Shown one piece after another: positions 26,801 to 34,285 of a stretch of 64,000 nucleotides of DNA. Under the pieces are notes generated by a model. It was not told the origin of the DNA. It ran no database searches and was given only the letters and a program-made list of their open reading frames with translations. Made by a program: the position numbers and the translations under genes. Source of the DNA: an uncultured virus (IMG/VR IMGVR_UViG_3300006358_000003) (Duplodnaviria; Heunggongvirae; Uroviricota; Caudoviricetes). The stretch lies in IMG/VR virus record IMGVR_UViG_3300006358_000003, one strand, 5' to 3'. The stretch's first letter is position 1. Each line of letters begins with the position of its first letter.

Positions 26801-29800
26801 CGTGGCGTCTTAACCAGGATCACCTCAGCGCTTTTGCCGTCGCGGCTTACGCCGTAGTCAATCTGGGTCTTGCCTATGGTTGCTGTCTTGGAGCCGCCGC
26901 CGGGTGTCCAATCAAATACTTCATCACGTGGCCGGCGGGCGAAAAGCGGCTCGACGCCTGCCTCTACTCCGGCAGACCCTTCGCCCGGCGTGCCCGGAGA
27001 TCCTGCGCCACCAGCAGTAGCGCGTGATCGTACGCCATCTTGCGCTGTTCTTCGCTCAATTTCCCGAACGGCGGCAAGGAACCTGGACGCAACGGCCCCT
27101 GCGGCGTGGCCGTCTGCAAGCTCGCGGGCGGCTGCACTGAGGGCGTCGGAGACTGGCCCCCTGGTGGTGGCGTTCTTGTCGAGGATGTCGAGGAGCCGCT
27201 CATTGGCCGATTTTGCGGCAACGTTCCGCGCCGTGTCCAGAACATTCCCAGCGCCGGTCAGTGTCTCCTCGCCTTCGACCGCCGCACGGAACAACCCGCG
27301 GCCTCGGCGCAGCACGCGCATCGCGGTGTCCAGCACGCGGGCACGCTCTGGGATCAGCGACTTGGCGAAAGCCTCCTCGCCGAACAGACCGGCCTCAGTG
27401 CCCTTGGCGAAGCCGCTGTTTCGCACGTCCTCAACCATGATGCGGGCTTGCGTGCTGTTGGCCGGCTGTGCGCGGCTCAATACCTCGAGCGCCGCCATCT
27501 GCTCGCGCGGATCGGAGATCAGATCGCCGACGTGTGCCGCGAAGCCCTCCGGCACCAGCCCGTTGGAGACCATGCCGAAAGCCTCATCGGACAGCTTGGC
27601 AAGACTGCGGCCTTGCTGAACCATCGCGGACTTCGGTGGCAGGTCGGGAAGCGCTCGGTCCTCTGGTATCGCCACGTTTGAACGCAGGATGCGCGCTGCA
27701 TCCATGGCCGTTCCGCTACCCTCGGCGATATTCTGATAGGCACCGAGGACGCGCATGTAGTCTGGCGTGAAGCCGTCCGCCTCACGGTAGATCCGCGTCG
27801 GAACCTGAACGTCGGGCTGGCCTTCTGCCTTGGCCTGTAGGGCGCGGTTCGTGCGTTGATGGCCGTTGACGACGTAGGTGTTGCCGTCGTTGCCCTGCCA
27901 GGCGGTGATCGGTTGCGCCAGGTCAGGCTCCCATCTTGCGGTGCCAGCGAGCGCCCCGGTGCGGCCCTGTTCGTCAGCCTCCTTATATTGAAAGCGCTTC
28001 GGATCCAGCGTCAGTTGCTCTGGATTGAGCATGACGTACGGCGCTTCGGCACCTGGCGAGGCCGGCGCCGCTTCCTGCGGCGGGGGCGCTACCGGCTCCG
28101 GCAGAGCTGCGGCCTGCGCTTTATTGGCGATCTCCGGCGGCAGAAAGAAGTCGTGTTCCGGCCTGCTGGTGAAGTCTTTCGCTCCGGGCTGATTGATGGC
28201 CCGGTATCGCTCGAGGTCTGCGGTCGGCACATCGACATACCGAACCGTGCCGTTCGGGTGCTCGCGCGCATACCATTCGGCTTCGGCCGGATCGTGTGTG
28301 AACCACCGACCGGACGCCGCATCTGCACCGGATAGCCGCGTTGCGTCCTGCAACCAGTCCGGCACGTTACGCGTCGCCCGCATCTGCTCGGCTTCGGCCG
28401 GCGTCGGGCCAATCCGATAGAGCCTCGTGGTTCCTTGCTGCGTCTCTGTTGGTCTACCAGGCGGCGATGGCGGGGGCGGCTCGAACCGGGCCGGCGGCAA
28501 CGCTGGCGGCTGGGCCGGTGCTCCCGGCGGCGATGGCGGGGGCGGCGTCATGCTCGCCTGCAACGCCGCCTGCGTCTCGGGCGACAGGCTCTCCATCGGC
28601 CAGTTCGCCACGGTCGGGTCGACGCCGGCCTTCTTGGCGATCTCTGCCCGCTCTGCCGGCGGCGTCTGATCCCACGGCTTCGCCTCGGCTGCCATCGCCT
28701 GGAGCGTAGGCAACGCGGATCCGCTCGGCGGCGCACCTCTGGCAATGCTCTGGAGTTCGGCAACGGGAGCCGGGGCGGCAGGGGGTTGCTCGGGAGTTGG
28801 CGGCGGTGCGGCAGCCGGGGCGGGTTCGCCGCGGGCCGCAGACTCCATGTCGGCAACGCCCTGGCGAATGGTCGGCGATGCTACGGGCTCGGGTGGTGCC
28901 CTGGTAACGTCGTGCGGCATCGCGCCATGCGGCGCTCCGGTCATCCCAAGGCTTTCCGCCATGCCGCCGATGTCGCGCGCCAACGTATCTGGCAGACCAA
29001 GGCCGCGAGCGGTTTCGTAAGCAGCCTGCACACCTCCCTGAAATGCCGCATTGAACGCCGCAAGCGCAGTTCCGACCACACGAGCGTCACCGCCTAACCC
29101 GTGCTTGTCCGCCCATTCCTGCGCCATAGGCGTCAGAAACTCAGTGTTGTTCCACGCCTCTTTCGCCGCACCCAATACGCGATCAAGACTGGTATCAGCG
29201 CCGCGCGCGCGAATTGCCTCGGTGGCCGCCGCAGTCCTCGGCTGCCCGAGGTCCGAACTCGTGCCAGGCGGCGGCAGTTCGGCGCCCGACAGCGGGTCGA
29301 TGGTCCCCTTCCCGCCGAATGTGCCCTGCCCAGGACCGACCGCTGGGGGCGCCGCCGGCTGCCCCTCAGTCTGCGCCATCGGCAGGTCGATCACCGCGCG
29401 ACGATTGGACAGCGGTCGGCCGCCGGTCTCGGGGATCAGCGATGGCGGCTGGTAGGTTTCCCACGGAGGTCGCTGCGCTGCCGGTGCCGCGCTCGGGTAT
29501 TGCGTCCACGGTCCGGCCTGCGCCTTATCCTGAACGTCCGGCGCTTGCAGTCGTCGCGCCTTCCGCTCCGCGTAGCCGCGCGAGACGCTATCCAGGTAGG
29601 CGCTGGTTCTCGGCCCCCAGTTCGTGGTGTCTGGCCCGCCGTGATAGGCGGCAACGCCCATGTCACGGTTGCCGCCGAAGGTGTCGGTCATTTGACGGAG
29701 GTATCGCGCGGCACCGTAGATCGATTGACGCGGGCTGCTCGTATCCGTGACGCCCATTTCACGCGCCGTTGCCGGCAGAAACTGCATCCAGCCACGAGCG

Positions 29801-29958
29801 CCCTGCGGCGAAACGGCATTCGGATCGTCGTGTGGATCCTCTACGCCATGCACCGCCCGCAGCAGATCAGGGTCGACGTTGTACTGCTTCCCCGCCGCGT
29901 CGTAGTGCTGATCGAGGTTGTCGTCGGACTGGTAGGTGTTCCAGGGTCCGTCCGGCAT
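20830..29958 (-). CDS. Giant polyvalent ejection protein: SLT transglycosylase, ART-like, ParB-like, GNAT, ART-PolyVal-like, large polyvalent domain, zincin HExxH
   Basis: VE..AVSPQGARGWMQFLP..AAYHGG; LYRIG..RWFT; VVNGHQR; RGRGEA..FYQSLGF; FKRWFG..VYHGT..GFYF..QIKSAIGNRGTF; EAQSDWHQ; FHEVVH. Confidence 0.9.
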   Translation of the reverse strand: MPDGPWNTYQSDDNLDQHYDAAGKQYNVDPDLLRAVHGVEDPHDDPNAVSPQGARGWMQFLPATAREMGVTDTSSPRQSIYGAARYLRQMTDTFGGNRDMGVAAYHGGPDTTNWGPRTSAYLDSVSRGYAERKARRLQAPDVQDKAQAGPWTQYPSAAPAAQRPPWETYQPPSLIPETGGRPLSNRRAVIDLPMAQTEGQPAAPPAVGPGQGTFGGKGTIDPLSGAELPPPGTSSDLGQPRTAAATEAIRARGADTSLDRVLGAAKEAWNNTEFLTPMAQEWADKHGLGGDARVVGTALAAFNAAFQGGVQAAYETARGLGLPDTLARDIGGMAESLGMTGAPHGAMPHDVTRAPPEPVASPTIRQGVADMESAARGEPAPAAAPPPTPEQPPAAPAPVAELQSIARGAPPSGSALPTLQAMAAEAKPWDQTPPAERAEIAKKAGVDPTVANWPMESLSPETQAALQASMTPPPPSPPGAPAQPPALPPARFEPPPPSPPGRPTETQQGTTRLYRIGPTPAEAEQMRATRNVPDWLQDATRLSGADAASGRWFTHDPAEAEWYAREHPNGTVRYVDVPTADLERYRAINQPGAKDFTSRPEHDFFLPPEIANKAQAAALPEPVAPPPQEAAPASPGAEAPYVMLNPEQLTLDPKRFQYKEADEQGRTGALAGTARWEPDLAQPITAWQGNDGNTYVVNGHQRTNRALQAKAEGQPDVQVPTRIYREADGFTPDYMRVLGAYQNIAEGSGTAMDAARILRSNVAIPEDRALPDLPPKSAMVQQGRSLAKLSDEAFGMVSNGLVPEGFAAHVGDLISDPREQMAALEVLSRAQPANSTQARIMVEDVRNSGFAKGTEAGLFGEEAFAKSLIPERARVLDTAMRVLRRGRGLFRAAVEGEETLTGAGNVLDTARNVAAKSANERLLDILDKNATTRGPVSDALSAAARELADGHAAGAVASRFLAAVREIERRTAQDGVRSRATAGGAGSPGTPGEGSAGVEAGVEPLFARRPRDEVFDWTPGGGSKTATIGKTQIDYGVSRDGKSAEVILVKTPRSDRGRGEARRAMEQFIAKADQEGATLFLNADPMDTGISKRRLERFYQSLGFVKNMGRNKDFSSTAEFVRQPQPPAQFARRPPRPQTTGAPLFGEPERERQEKPPTEHTIRTDPRQVDMFGKADAAVQAQAARDQAGRGALAPKTPQAKADEGLFATPDEQPSMFSRRDPTETPEFKRWFGASKIVDADGKPLRVYHGTADSFETFEHDRPNRKDAGWLGRGFYFWNAPDLAGDYATMKAGERPNIMPVYLKIKNPYQATIADKERLMLASRRNPAAAAQATEELRAKGYDGIILPYSHGDGGLSEIVAFDPEQIKSAIGNRGTFDPNDSRIQFSRREEPPRVPLYSAVERATDALKQAKGSGQQMLAMLQKTPGVKPEEIKWLGLDDFLRNRPSVTKAEIQDYVRANSLDVREVVKGDFTPGSPEAWAQQNSYALGTLTKREDVAPWRKYNPSTDEGFGDISDDRVWQAVQSARENVAREPTKFGTYSLPGGENYREMLITLPVKGIDQSALDAQIRGLLKDWPNDIKTARDPAEQPRLDALLAKWEKNQRKVETQFTSAHWDEPNVLAHIRFDERTAPDGKRVLLMDEAQSDWHQTGRKRGYLGSASKDLPDDVKLRPVQRSMGWVIADHAGVVENDRYYPDEAAAAAAADAANERLAAHDRVPDAPFKTTWPQLTMKRIIKWAVDNGFDRVAWTPGEVQAARYDLSKQISKLALQERPNGSHYLTATDHSGRKVIERPIADPAKELPDLIGKEASDRLLRQEHQTLRQLPRVRQFDLEVQDRPQDWRVTAPDGRAVEIGKQTVSTEEDARAYATKYLNDRAEEINKKRRDIGSTRELSGLDLKVGGEGMKGFYDRMLPTETQKIVGKFGSKVGRSEISYENPHYDTADLGDGRNTGDPDITQPVHSFDISPELRRAVQTEGLPLFAKRAGEESPREIDAEARARLATAAQRIMREAGLPPSVGLRLVDRIAAGDGTADGKYTRSMIELALDTPPEQIAGKLFHEVVHGLTDTRLGLLRPGERAVLYRAADRWLERDGNRASLERAGYGQAELRDEAVARMGEDALKRGLQPPEPYNRMTRFIERTGSLLRGEGFRTADDVFDSVLRGEKRQTAQEGAGPGAEGFARRPVAGPPATTTTPAGPIQRTADAVLHAAKEVTRSIADGLAPMQGGSGRAQAFAGTFANALRKVQYRFGQIDKEIERNFTADERRTMGTKLDAQSAFEQQVRDLPPDQQAAARTQFDASGDGLASLPANQRQVIDMLDRISQDTWRQMQERGMVDPNARGLPYYFPRQILRWTEAEGFTRPGGAGAGTGRGLDERGRNLTTAGPMERKHLTAEETEAAAKAKLGQDVAILRDIRSLPARLAFSHRAMAGVDLMNAIERVGKDTGVDLVVRGDIPGMLQPGEFFTMADHPSFRRWTGSGWQAIHVAKEFEGPLKAVLTKPSPTWYRAAQGLKGGVMTSIMFSPFIHLAVELGRSLPVMPLKVLTLQALRDGSRLRRDLGYMDQATTDGLAPLGQGWHVDPVSIADQANVEGRNGFVRALTGMRDAVANGAKTIGGQFLHDVVQHPHQALLWDQVFNLQVGIYDTMRQRYIDKGFAPEVAGTMAAHIANRYAGALPPEHLGRAANMAANLLLFSRSFTLGNLGVMKDMLSGAPSHIRSRIEQMAGPDVAKSAQSAMRNKAIAAFTMDIGLFYLANGVLQAGLQVLRQTPTLGLPAAAQQTYQDWIDKAGSAVSGMADNPLSIFGVLPQHWNEPGKQDRVYAGTDSQGRAIYLRLPPGKVGEEFVGWFSRPGTMIENKLSPLVRPIIESIFGKDTLGRDIYKPNPETLGDHLRIAGAVVKHIGEGLGPTAFIQGLSEMMHQHILGEKTQADPYVSAMKILGPLTGAAQISQGFPGGQAAGEMHAQTEREKYDLQKALPDIRDKIRKGDVDGAIADMRELRVPPGLMRYYIRQTMHPGPSAGTLRRLPGEPAGIRERVERQMGTQP

Positions 29959-29961
29959 GGC

Positions 29962-32900
29962 CTACTGCGCCACCCAGCTCGCGGGATTGCCGGGGTCGCC
30001 TCCCTGGTAGCGATACCCCTGCACTACGTCTCCGACCTTCGGAACTGGCGGCGCGGGTCCCTTGGCTGCGGCCGGTGCGGTCGGCCGAACCGCCGCAGCC
30101 TTCTCCTGCGCCTGCTCCGGCGTCAGCATGAACTTGCCGGTGATCGGATCCTTCGAGCCGAGATAGACGCGCAGCGCGTCGTTGTTCATGCCCTGGATCT
30201 GCTTCTGCACCGCCGCCTGCGCCGCCCGGTCATTGCCGATGCCGTGCTGCTTGATGGTCTCCTGCAACGCTTGCTGGCGTAGGGCCGTCTGCTGGTCGAT
30301 CTGGTCGAGGCGGTTCAGGTGGTAGTTCGCCGAGTCTATCGCCCGGCCACGGTTGGTATCGGCATTCTGCTGGCCGACAGCCAGTCGGCCTTGGCCTAGT
30401 TCAGTCTGCGCCTGGTGCCATGCTGCGGTCTCGCTCAATCCCTGGCTTCTCAGGTCTGCCGCGCGACTGGCGATCTGCGCCCGCGTGTCGATGCCGTAGC
30501 GGCGCGTGTCCAGCGTGCCGGAATGGTAGAGACTGGTTTCCGCCAGCCTTGCCTTGGCCTCATCGACCTTGGAAGCCAACGCCTCGGCCGCCCGCTGATC
30601 CGACCTATACGACGCGATCCCAGCCGCGGCGGCCCGCCCGATATTCTCCATCGCGAATGGTGAGCGCCCCGCAGCCATGGTGAACCCGGCCTCTGCCAGA
30701 GCAAGCCACGGATCCGCCTTGTGGACGTTCGGCGGCCAGGTGGTATCGCGCTGCGGATTGCCGAAGCCAGGACCGCTGTCGGGCGCCAGGCCGTCTGCCA
30801 GGATGCTCGGACCCTGCGGCGCCCCGGTGTCAGCCGTCGCCGGCGGAGGCGGCGGGGGAGGCCCGGCGCCCTGCGCCACGCTATCGCCACCGCCCGTGTC
30901 CGGCATAGTGAACTCCGGCATCGGTGGCGCATTGGCGCCCACCACCGGCACCGCAGCATCGGGCGTTCTGAGCGGCCCGCTATAGTCCAGAAGGCCGCCG
31001 CCTTCGGTGTCGGGATTTGCGAGCGCGCTGTAGTCGAGCAGCCCGCCTTCCGCGCGCCGCGGGAACATCCGGCCGCCGCGCCAGCCCCACTGCCCGCTTG
31101 CGTCCTGGCCATGGCCGCCTGAGCCGCCACCGCTAACCCCGCCGCCCTCGCCACCGCCGAACCCGCCAGCACCCCAATTGCCACCAAAGCCCCTGGTGGC
31201 GCTAACCCCCGTGCCCTGATAGTCGCCGTTCATCGCCTGGAAGAAAGCATCTTGCGCGCCAGGCACACCGGCTTGAGCTTGCTGCGCGAGGGTGTCCATC
31301 GTGACCCGCGGATCGCGGAACGAGGGGAAGCCGGCTGCGATCGCCACCCCTGCGTTTGGTCCGTAGATAGCCGCGTCCTTGGATACGCCCTGTTGGAAGG
31401 CATTGGCGATCATGGAGGTCGGCGTCTGCCCCTGCTGCTGTTGCGGCGCGGGAGCCGCGGCGGCTGGCGCCGGAGCCGGTGTCGGCGGCGGCACGTAGGC
31501 GCCAGCCTTCTGCTGTGCGAGGTAGTTGTTCACCTCGTCGGCGCTGCCGGAACCGCTACCGTCGTAGCTGATCTGCGGCACCGAGAACCCGGTCTTCGCC
31601 GATGGATCGGATGTTACCACCATGCCGCCGGGCGCGCGGTGCGGCACGCGGATGCCACCGCCTCGGTTGAGGAACATGGCCACAACGCCGGCGATCTTCG
31701 CTACATCGCCGATCGCTTGAAGGGCTTGCTGACCGCCGCTGCTGCCACCACCACCGCCCGTCGTGGTGCTGGTGCTCTGCTTCGCCTGCGACGGCTGGCC
31801 TGGGTTCGGCGGAGGCGGCACATACGACACGCTAACATCGGGATTGAGGTTGGAGGTAAGACCGCTCTTGCCATCCGAAGCCCCGCCCCCCATCGGAACA
31901 GCAAACCCACCCGGCTCCCCGGTCGCACCGAGCGGATCGCCGAAGCTTCCCATCGACATACTCAACTCGTCACCCGGCACCGAGCCTCCCGGCGCGCGAT
32001 GAACCGCCCCCCCGCGACGGAATATCCCACCCGACTGAAACAGATTGCCGGCGAGGTCAGCCGATGCTCCGCCAGTAGCGCTCATCCCCAACGAATTGCC
32101 CAACAGGTCGAAGCCAGCATTGCCGCCGTTCGTGAACGTGTCCGTCGCGTTGACGGGGGAGCCGCCGCCGCTACCAAAGAGCCCGTTGAAGGCTCCCGTG
32201 GACCCGGCCAGCCCGGCTGCGCCAGCGGCCAGTCCGAGCCCCTGCGAGAATGGCGATGGTCCCGGCGCGCTGGTCGACGCCGTTCCGCCCGCTGCATTCG
32301 CCAACTGCGACGACAGCCCAGACAGCCACGAGGCGGTCTGGAACGGATACGACTGCTGCGCCTGCCACTGTTGGAACGGGATGTTCAATCCCTGTTGCGC
32401 TTGCTGCTGCTGCAAGCCGCCGGCGCCCATCAGCGCATTCGCCGAGGCCAGCGTGGTGGAAAGCGCCTCTTGCCCGAGGTTGCCGAAGCCAGCGCCGGCC
32501 TGGCTATTGAGCCATGCGTTCGCCTGATCCGCCCCGAGTTGCGCGCCTTGCTGCTGGTTGAACTCCTGTTGCGCCTGCCCGAACCCGGTGTTGTAGAGGT
32601 TCGCGATGACCGGCGCCTGCGACAGATCCTCTTGCCCCTGCAACACCGCTTGCGCCACGCCGGCCCGGTCGCCACCGAGCGCGCCGCGTGATGCCGCATC
32701 GCCCTGGAGACGGTTCGCCGCCTGCGCATTCTGGTTGTTGAATTGCGCCTGCGTGGCGTCGACCACGCTGTTGACGTAGGGGTTGAAATACTTCCCCACG
32801 GTGTCGGCGCTGTACTGCGGCAAGCCGGACCACAGCGGCGTGGTGGCTGCGTCGTAGTGCTGGGCTGCAGCATTGAGATAGGGCGCTGCGATCCCCGGAG

Positions 32901-33153
32901 TCGAGCCGACAAGGCCGAAGCCCTGCATCTGCTGCGGGGAGAAACCGGCTTGCAGTTGGCCGGGGTAGTTCTGGTATGGCGCCGAAGCCGCCGCCTGGCC
33001 TTGCGTCAGAGCGGAGCTTAGACCGGCCTGAAACTGGGGCGGTGGCTGCGTATTGCTGACCGTGGTCTGGGTGTTCGATCCACCACCGCTGCCGCCGCCG
33101 CTCTTGCGTGGCGCGGCTGCCCAGAAGTCCTCGGCGTGAAGGATCCCGCGCAT
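29962..33153 (-). CDS. DNA ejection/transfer protein (Gln/Gly/Ala-rich), possibly a fusion
   Basis: YFNPY..V, GALGGDRAGV, QQSYPFQ; C-terminal PKVGDVVQGYRYQGGDP..W; RGG/RAxGG repeats. Confidence 0.8.
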   Translation of the reverse strand: MRGILHAEDFWAAAPRKSGGGSGGGSNTQTTVSNTQPPPQFQAGLSSALTQGQAAASAPYQNYPGQLQAGFSPQQMQGFGLVGSTPGIAAPYLNAAAQHYDAATTPLWSGLPQYSADTVGKYFNPYVNSVVDATQAQFNNQNAQAANRLQGDAASRGALGGDRAGVAQAVLQGQEDLSQAPVIANLYNTGFGQAQQEFNQQQGAQLGADQANAWLNSQAGAGFGNLGQEALSTTLASANALMGAGGLQQQQAQQGLNIPFQQWQAQQSYPFQTASWLSGLSSQLANAAGGTASTSAPGPSPFSQGLGLAAGAAGLAGSTGAFNGLFGSGGGSPVNATDTFTNGGNAGFDLLGNSLGMSATGGASADLAGNLFQSGGIFRRGGAVHRAPGGSVPGDELSMSMGSFGDPLGATGEPGGFAVPMGGGASDGKSGLTSNLNPDVSVSYVPPPPNPGQPSQAKQSTSTTTGGGGGSSGGQQALQAIGDVAKIAGVVAMFLNRGGGIRVPHRAPGGMVVTSDPSAKTGFSVPQISYDGSGSGSADEVNNYLAQQKAGAYVPPPTPAPAPAAAAPAPQQQQGQTPTSMIANAFQQGVSKDAAIYGPNAGVAIAAGFPSFRDPRVTMDTLAQQAQAGVPGAQDAFFQAMNGDYQGTGVSATRGFGGNWGAGGFGGGEGGGVSGGGSGGHGQDASGQWGWRGGRMFPRRAEGGLLDYSALANPDTEGGGLLDYSGPLRTPDAAVPVVGANAPPMPEFTMPDTGGGDSVAQGAGPPPPPPPATADTGAPQGPSILADGLAPDSGPGFGNPQRDTTWPPNVHKADPWLALAEAGFTMAAGRSPFAMENIGRAAAAGIASYRSDQRAAEALASKVDEAKARLAETSLYHSGTLDTRRYGIDTRAQIASRAADLRSQGLSETAAWHQAQTELGQGRLAVGQQNADTNRGRAIDSANYHLNRLDQIDQQTALRQQALQETIKQHGIGNDRAAQAAVQKQIQGMNNDALRVYLGSKDPITGKFMLTPEQAQEKAAAVRPTAPAAAKGPAPPVPKVGDVVQGYRYQGGDPGNPASWVAQ

Positions 33154-33650
33154 CACGCGGCCTCAGACTTCATGTAGCGGAACGTCCCGTCGCCGATCAT
33201 AAACACGTCGGTGACAAGGCTGCCGTAGCGGGAGAAGAACCGGCGCTTCCGCTCCGCGTCGCCACGCGGCATCGAGCAGATCAGAACCGGCGCCTCGGCA
33301 ATCGCCTCGAACCACTTCGCGAACCGCATCAGCGTCACGGCGTGACGCGACTTCCGGTGCAGCGGATGGACGAACACGAGAAGCTCGACGTAATACCAGC
33401 TTCCGGCGTCGCCATACCAGTTGCGGGCAGGCTGGAAGCCGATCACCGCCTCGAGGCGGTCAGGTCCCGGTATCACCGCCATTATCATGCCGTCGTGGGC
33501 AATGGCCTTGCCGAGCACCTCACGAACCGCAGTCGGATCGCACCCGCCCCAGCCGTTCTCGCGGTATGCCTCCATGCACAGATCGAACAGCGGGCGCTCG
33601 TCGCCTGGCTGTACAAGACGGATACCGGGGGGCATGTGCGGCGCGCTCAA
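33153..33650 (-). CDS. GNAT-fold acetyltransferase-like protein
   Basis: IRLVQPGD...FVHPLHRKSRHAVTLMRFAK; position before ejection genes. Confidence 0.8.
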   Translation of the reverse strand: MSAPHMPPGIRLVQPGDERPLFDLCMEAYRENGWGGCDPTAVREVLGKAIAHDGMIMAVIPGPDRLEAVIGFQPARNWYGDAGSWYYVELLVFVHPLHRKSRHAVTLMRFAKWFEAIAEAPVLICSMPRGDAERKRRFFSRYGSLVTDVFMIGDGTFRYMKSEAA

Positions 33651-33726
33651 GACAGAACCCTTTGGTCGGGTCCAGCCGGCGCGGCGGACAGTGAAGGCGG
33701 CAGTCTACCCCGTTACGGGGATGGCG

Positions 33727-34278
33727 TCACGCAGCTTGTCGGACCGCGAATTTGGCCCGGCTCCGCATCCTCTCGCCATGAGGATCGTGCCCGATCTCCC
33801 GCTGGGTGAACGCTCCGGCAGGCAGGTTGCCCCGGCAGAAGCGAGCGCTGATCTGCGGCACCATGCGGAACACCAGGTGCAGTTTCCCGCTCAATTCGTC
33901 CTGGGTGTTCACCTCGAGGAACAATGGCACCTCCATGATGCCCTGCGCCCAGGTGGCGAACTCGACCAGCTTTAGGGCGTGCTGCGAGCGACGGAATAAC
34001 GGATGCACGCCGAGCCACGCCACCTCGAGGTGCTCATCGTCCGAATACGGCAGGCTTTCCACTGCCAGACCGATGCTCGCCTCGATGCCGTCGCCGCCGT
34101 CGATGATGCCGGCAATCGCCCGGTCGCGTGTCACGCAGCGGGTCACGAGCGCCTCGACCTTGGGACGCGAGACTGGCTGCAGTGCGCTCTCGGTGTAGAT
34201 GAAGACGGCGGATTCAGTCAGCGTCTCGATGTCGGCAGGCTCGGCCCGCCTGACACCTTGCGGGTTTGGGTTGCTCAT
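33727..34278 (-). CDS. GNAT-fold acetyltransferase-like protein (paralog)
   Basis: VRRAEPAD...GVHPLFRRSQHALKLVEFA. Confidence 0.8.
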   Translation of the reverse strand: MSNPNPQGVRRAEPADIETLTESAVFIYTESALQPVSRPKVEALVTRCVTRDRAIAGIIDGGDGIEASIGLAVESLPYSDDEHLEVAWLGVHPLFRRSQHALKLVEFATWAQGIMEVPLFLEVNTQDELSGKLHLVFRMVPQISARFCRGNLPAGAFTQREIGHDPHGERMRSRAKFAVRQAA

Positions 34279-34285
34279 TGGATCC

